Positions 46,357 to 48,562 of a stretch of DNA of 48,562 bases are shown in pieces; positions within the stretch are counted from its first letter, which is position 1, and every line of letters begins with the position of its first letter. The DNA lies in IMG/VR virus record IMGVR_UViG_3300033518_000147, positions 1 through 48,562 of that record; one strand, 5' to 3'. A program made the position numbers and the translations under genes. The notes beneath the pieces were generated by a model. The model searched no databases. It had not been told where the DNA came from and saw only the letters and a program-made list of their open reading frames with translations. This DNA is from a virus (Duplodnaviria; Caudoviricetes).

Positions 46357-46767
46357 ATGACACCACAAGACGTTGTAAAAGACATACGTTCCATCTACGG
46401 GCAAATCGGCTATCTGAACATGGAACAGCTGGCAAGCTATCTTGGTAAAAGCACTGACGCTTTACGCAAGATGAAAGAACGTGGAACGCTACCAATCCCT
46501 ATCAAGCTCCTAGGAGGTCGTCACTGCGTCTCCGTCATTGAGGTAGGGCATTGGCTAGGAGAACAGCCAAAAACGCAACCAGCGTCGATTAAAGCAGTTT
46601 CATCGGAAAAACAACAACGTCCAGCTCGTTCAGTTCAATCTTTAAAGTCAATGTTGATGTTGATCCAACGCAACAAAAACGCATTACAAGAGCTGGAATG
46701 TCATATAGAAAAGCAAATATTTGAAAATTTATTTGAAATAAAGAATAAAGACGTGATTAAAGACTGA
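46357..46767 (+). CDS. Excisionase-like helix-turn-helix DNA-binding protein
   Basis: YLNMEQLASYLGKSTDALRKMKERGTLPIP...V..WL; divergent from int across attP. Confidence 0.75.
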   Translation: MTPQDVVKDIRSIYGQIGYLNMEQLASYLGKSTDALRKMKERGTLPIPIKLLGGRHCVSVIEVGHWLGEQPKTQPASIKAVSSEKQQRPARSVQSLKSMLMLIQRNKNALQELECHIEKQIFENLFEIKNKDVIKD

Positions 46768-46814
46768 CTTTGTGCGCTACTATTCGTCCATCATCAACCA
46801 CCAAGGAGCCTTTA

Positions 46815-47309
46815 ATGGATGAACTAAACGAAGTAAGTATTGAGCAATTGCTGGAGCAACAAGCACTTCTCGCTAGCAAAATAGAAGCAATTCGTACTGC
46901 CAAAAAAACGGAAATTCTTGATCTGGTTAAGAAATACGTGTCTCAATACAATCTGGAAATCAAAGACGTTTATCCACATTGGAAACCAGAGATTGTTTAT
47001 CGAGATTCTGAACCAGACGGAGAACCACACTCAACAAATTCTCTAAAAGGGATAAAGATTGCTGCTAAGTACAGAGACACGGAAAGTAGTAGCGAATGGA
47101 CAGGCAAGGGTCTTACACCGAATTGGATGAAAAAGCATTTGGCAAATGGAAAAACAAAAGAAGACTTTTTGATTGATAAGCCTGTTGAAGTTGAAGTTAC
47201 TGGAGAGGTAAAAGAACAAGTAGCGCAATTTATTGAGTCTGTAGTTGTTCCAATCGAGGAAGAAGTTATTACTGTAGAAGAAGAAGTAATGTTTGATAAG
47301 ACCGAGTAA
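46815..47309 (+). CDS. H-NS family nucleoid-associated protein (betaproteobacterial type) with acidic tail
   Basis: ATG 46815 after AAGGAG; N-terminal coiled coil; AAKYRD...EWTGKGLTPNW...KEDFLI. Confidence 0.88.
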   Translation: MDELNEVSIEQLLEQQALLASKIEAIRTAKKTEILDLVKKYVSQYNLEIKDVYPHWKPEIVYRDSEPDGEPHSTNSLKGIKIAAKYRDTESSSEWTGKGLTPNWMKKHLANGKTKEDFLIDKPVEVEVTGEVKEQVAQFIESVVVPIEEEVITVEEEVMFDKTE

Positions 47310-47328
47310 TATACTCCACAAAAAGAAG

Positions 47329-47354
47329 AAGCCTCAATTAAGAGGCTTTTTTTT
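47329..47354. terminator. Terminator between convergent genes
   Basis: AAGCCTC-AATTAA-GAGGCTTTTTTTT, A-rich upstream. Confidence 0.8.
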
Positions 47355-47365
47355 CGTCTGTCGTT

Positions 47366-47788
47366 TTATTCTTTAACAAGTAGTTCTGTATTGATAGCAA
47401 TTCCCGTGATCTTTGAAAACAGTGTCTCGCTAGGATTGATTAAGTAATATAAAGCCGATGTATCAAAAGAACGTAAAAAGAGTTCTTTGTATAGCGTGTA
47501 ATCAATACTGGTTAAACGATCTTTGATTTCCTCAGGTATATCTTTTACTAGAGTTAAACCGATAGATTCTGCAAACTCTCTTAAATCGTCTAGATCTGAT
47601 GTAAAAGAAACTTCTGCAAGCAACTCCTTGTATTTCACTTTTTCAACGTCTGTTAACTCTGCAATGTTAGACTTAATAACCATTCTGTTGAATTTAAAGA
47701 ATGCTTGCTCTAGAAAATGGACGGTTGGCTCTTTTATCCCTTGATCTTTGCGTATTTGTATTAATACGTCTCGTTCTTTTTTATTCAT
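47366..47788 (-). CDS. Hypothetical protein
   Basis: 140-aa ORF with GAGG SD. Confidence 0.7.
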   Translation of the reverse strand: MNKKERDVLIQIRKDQGIKEPTVHFLEQAFFKFNRMVIKSNIAELTDVEKVKYKELLAEVSFTSDLDDLREFAESIGLTLVKDIPEEIKDRLTSIDYTLYKELFLRSFDTSALYYLINPSETLFSKITGIAINTELLVKE

Positions 47789-47797
47789 AATAAACCT

Positions 47798-48259
47798 CTA
47801 TTTTGTTGTTTTTATTTTCATCTTTGTTGGTGCATCTTCTACCATGCTAGCCCAATCTTTATATCCAAGTGCTTGAGCTTCCTCATCTCTAACTACAGCG
47901 TTTTGCTTTTCTTCTTTCTCTAACGCTTTGTTTACTGCTTTTTGTGCTCGGAATGCTTTTAAATCCACAATAGATTTTAATGCAATTGGTTTTAATTTAG
48001 GCTTTCCTAACGAACCTTTCCCCTCCTCTCCCTCTTCTTCCTCGTTAATATCTAACTTAATATTATCGCTTAAATAATCTTTCTTGATTAACTTGTAATA
48101 AGTAGATTCACCCATTACAACAGGAGCAACGATATCATGTGCCCACAAATCCATTAGAACATCATAAACAGCATTCTTTTGAGTAACCATCAAATCAGCC
48201 AATTCAAATACCATCATTGGTCTAATTGCAAGTGCTTTTACAACAAAATCTTTTAACAT
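47798..48259 (-). CDS. Hypothetical protein, winged-helix-like N-terminus
   Basis: PMMVFELADLM...KNAVYDVL.DL...IV.......YYKL; TAAGGAG SD. Confidence 0.65.
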   Translation of the reverse strand: MLKDFVVKALAIRPMMVFELADLMVTQKNAVYDVLMDLWAHDIVAPVVMGESTYYKLIKKDYLSDNIKLDINEEEEGEEGKGSLGKPKLKPIALKSIVDLKAFRAQKAVNKALEKEEKQNAVVRDEEAQALGYKDWASMVEDAPTKMKIKTTK

Positions 48260-48289
48260 AACAACTCCTTATTTTTTTATTATTTACTC

Positions 48290-48562
48290 TTATTTTAATG
48301 TCAACGTCTTTCTCTTTGGTTTCGGTGCAAGAGGCTTAGGAACGTCTTTTAATATCCTTATAGGTTGTCTCTCGTCTTGAAACTCTAATTGATATTTAGC
48401 GAAGTAATCAACAATAACATGTGCGTCTTTTATTGCTTTAAATAATACGTCTTTGTCGTCTTTCAATACTTTGATCCACGATTTAACATAAGCAGCATGA
48501 TTTTCAATGTGCTTTTCAGATTGACTAATACCTAGTACCGAACAGAGCATAGCACTAGCAAT
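48290..48562 (-). CDS. C-terminal end of an ArdC-like antirestriction / zincin-like protein, 5' end outside the window
   Basis: SAMLC..LGI...ENHAAYVKSWIKVLKDDK..LFKA..DA...VDY. Confidence 0.8.
   Translation of the reverse strand: MASAMLCSVLGISQSEKHIENHAAYVKSWIKVLKDDKDVLFKAIKDAHVIVDYFAKYQLEFQDERQPIRILKDVPKPLAPKPKRKTLTLK

Larger units (their letters stand above)
1..48562. mobile_element. Temperate tailed bacteriophage genome segment (podovirus-like), apparently in non-integrated (attP) configuration
   Basis: Ordered terS-terL-portal-scaffold-capsid-tail-lysis modules, tRNAs, integrase plus tRNA-fragment att site with phage-like genes on both sides; no host housekeeping genes seen. Confidence 0.93.

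Noticed and set aside
46116-46394. 93-aa N-terminal extension of the integrase (446-aa ORF)
   Set aside because: It reads through the antisense tRNA fragment and attP (GADCRSRTRDLPLTR); the integrase-like sequence begins at Met 46115

Overview
The whole window looks like part of one AT-rich temperate tailed phage with a podovirus-like layout (P22-type terminase and portal, N4-gp56-like capsid, ejection proteins, no tape measure or sheath recognised). From left to right it holds: the 3' part of a DNA methyltransferase; two divergent arrays of small, mostly unrelated accessory genes, with a DnaA-box/iteron-like repeat cluster inside the left array; a 1.7-kb non-coding repeat region (probable packaging or terminus region); terS, a truncated second terminase ATPase, a papain-family protease and terL; portal, scaffold, capsid and tail/ejection genes; an HslV-like peptidase, a T5 A1-like phosphoesterase and a lysis cassette; three tRNA genes; a tyrosine integrase with an apparently unrecombined attP (3' half of tRNA-Thr(TGT)); an excisionase-like gene, an H-NS-like gene and the end of an ArdC-like gene. 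The best candidate for an undescribed system is that 11 of the 13 accessory proteins at 946-6957 share a two-part C-terminal tag (E-x-x-x-L-x-x-x-hydrophobic, a Lys-rich linker, terminal [K/G]RL or xxL), with the KRL end conserved at protein rather than DNA level, suggesting a shared export, virion-loading or degradation signal. Other leads are an Sm-like/terminase-ATPase 'decoy' gene, a ~150-nt rod-like hairpin before the lysis region, a tRNA with a 5-nt anticodon loop, and a plasmid-type origin co-existing with an integration module. All family calls are by-eye motif recognition; no searches were run.
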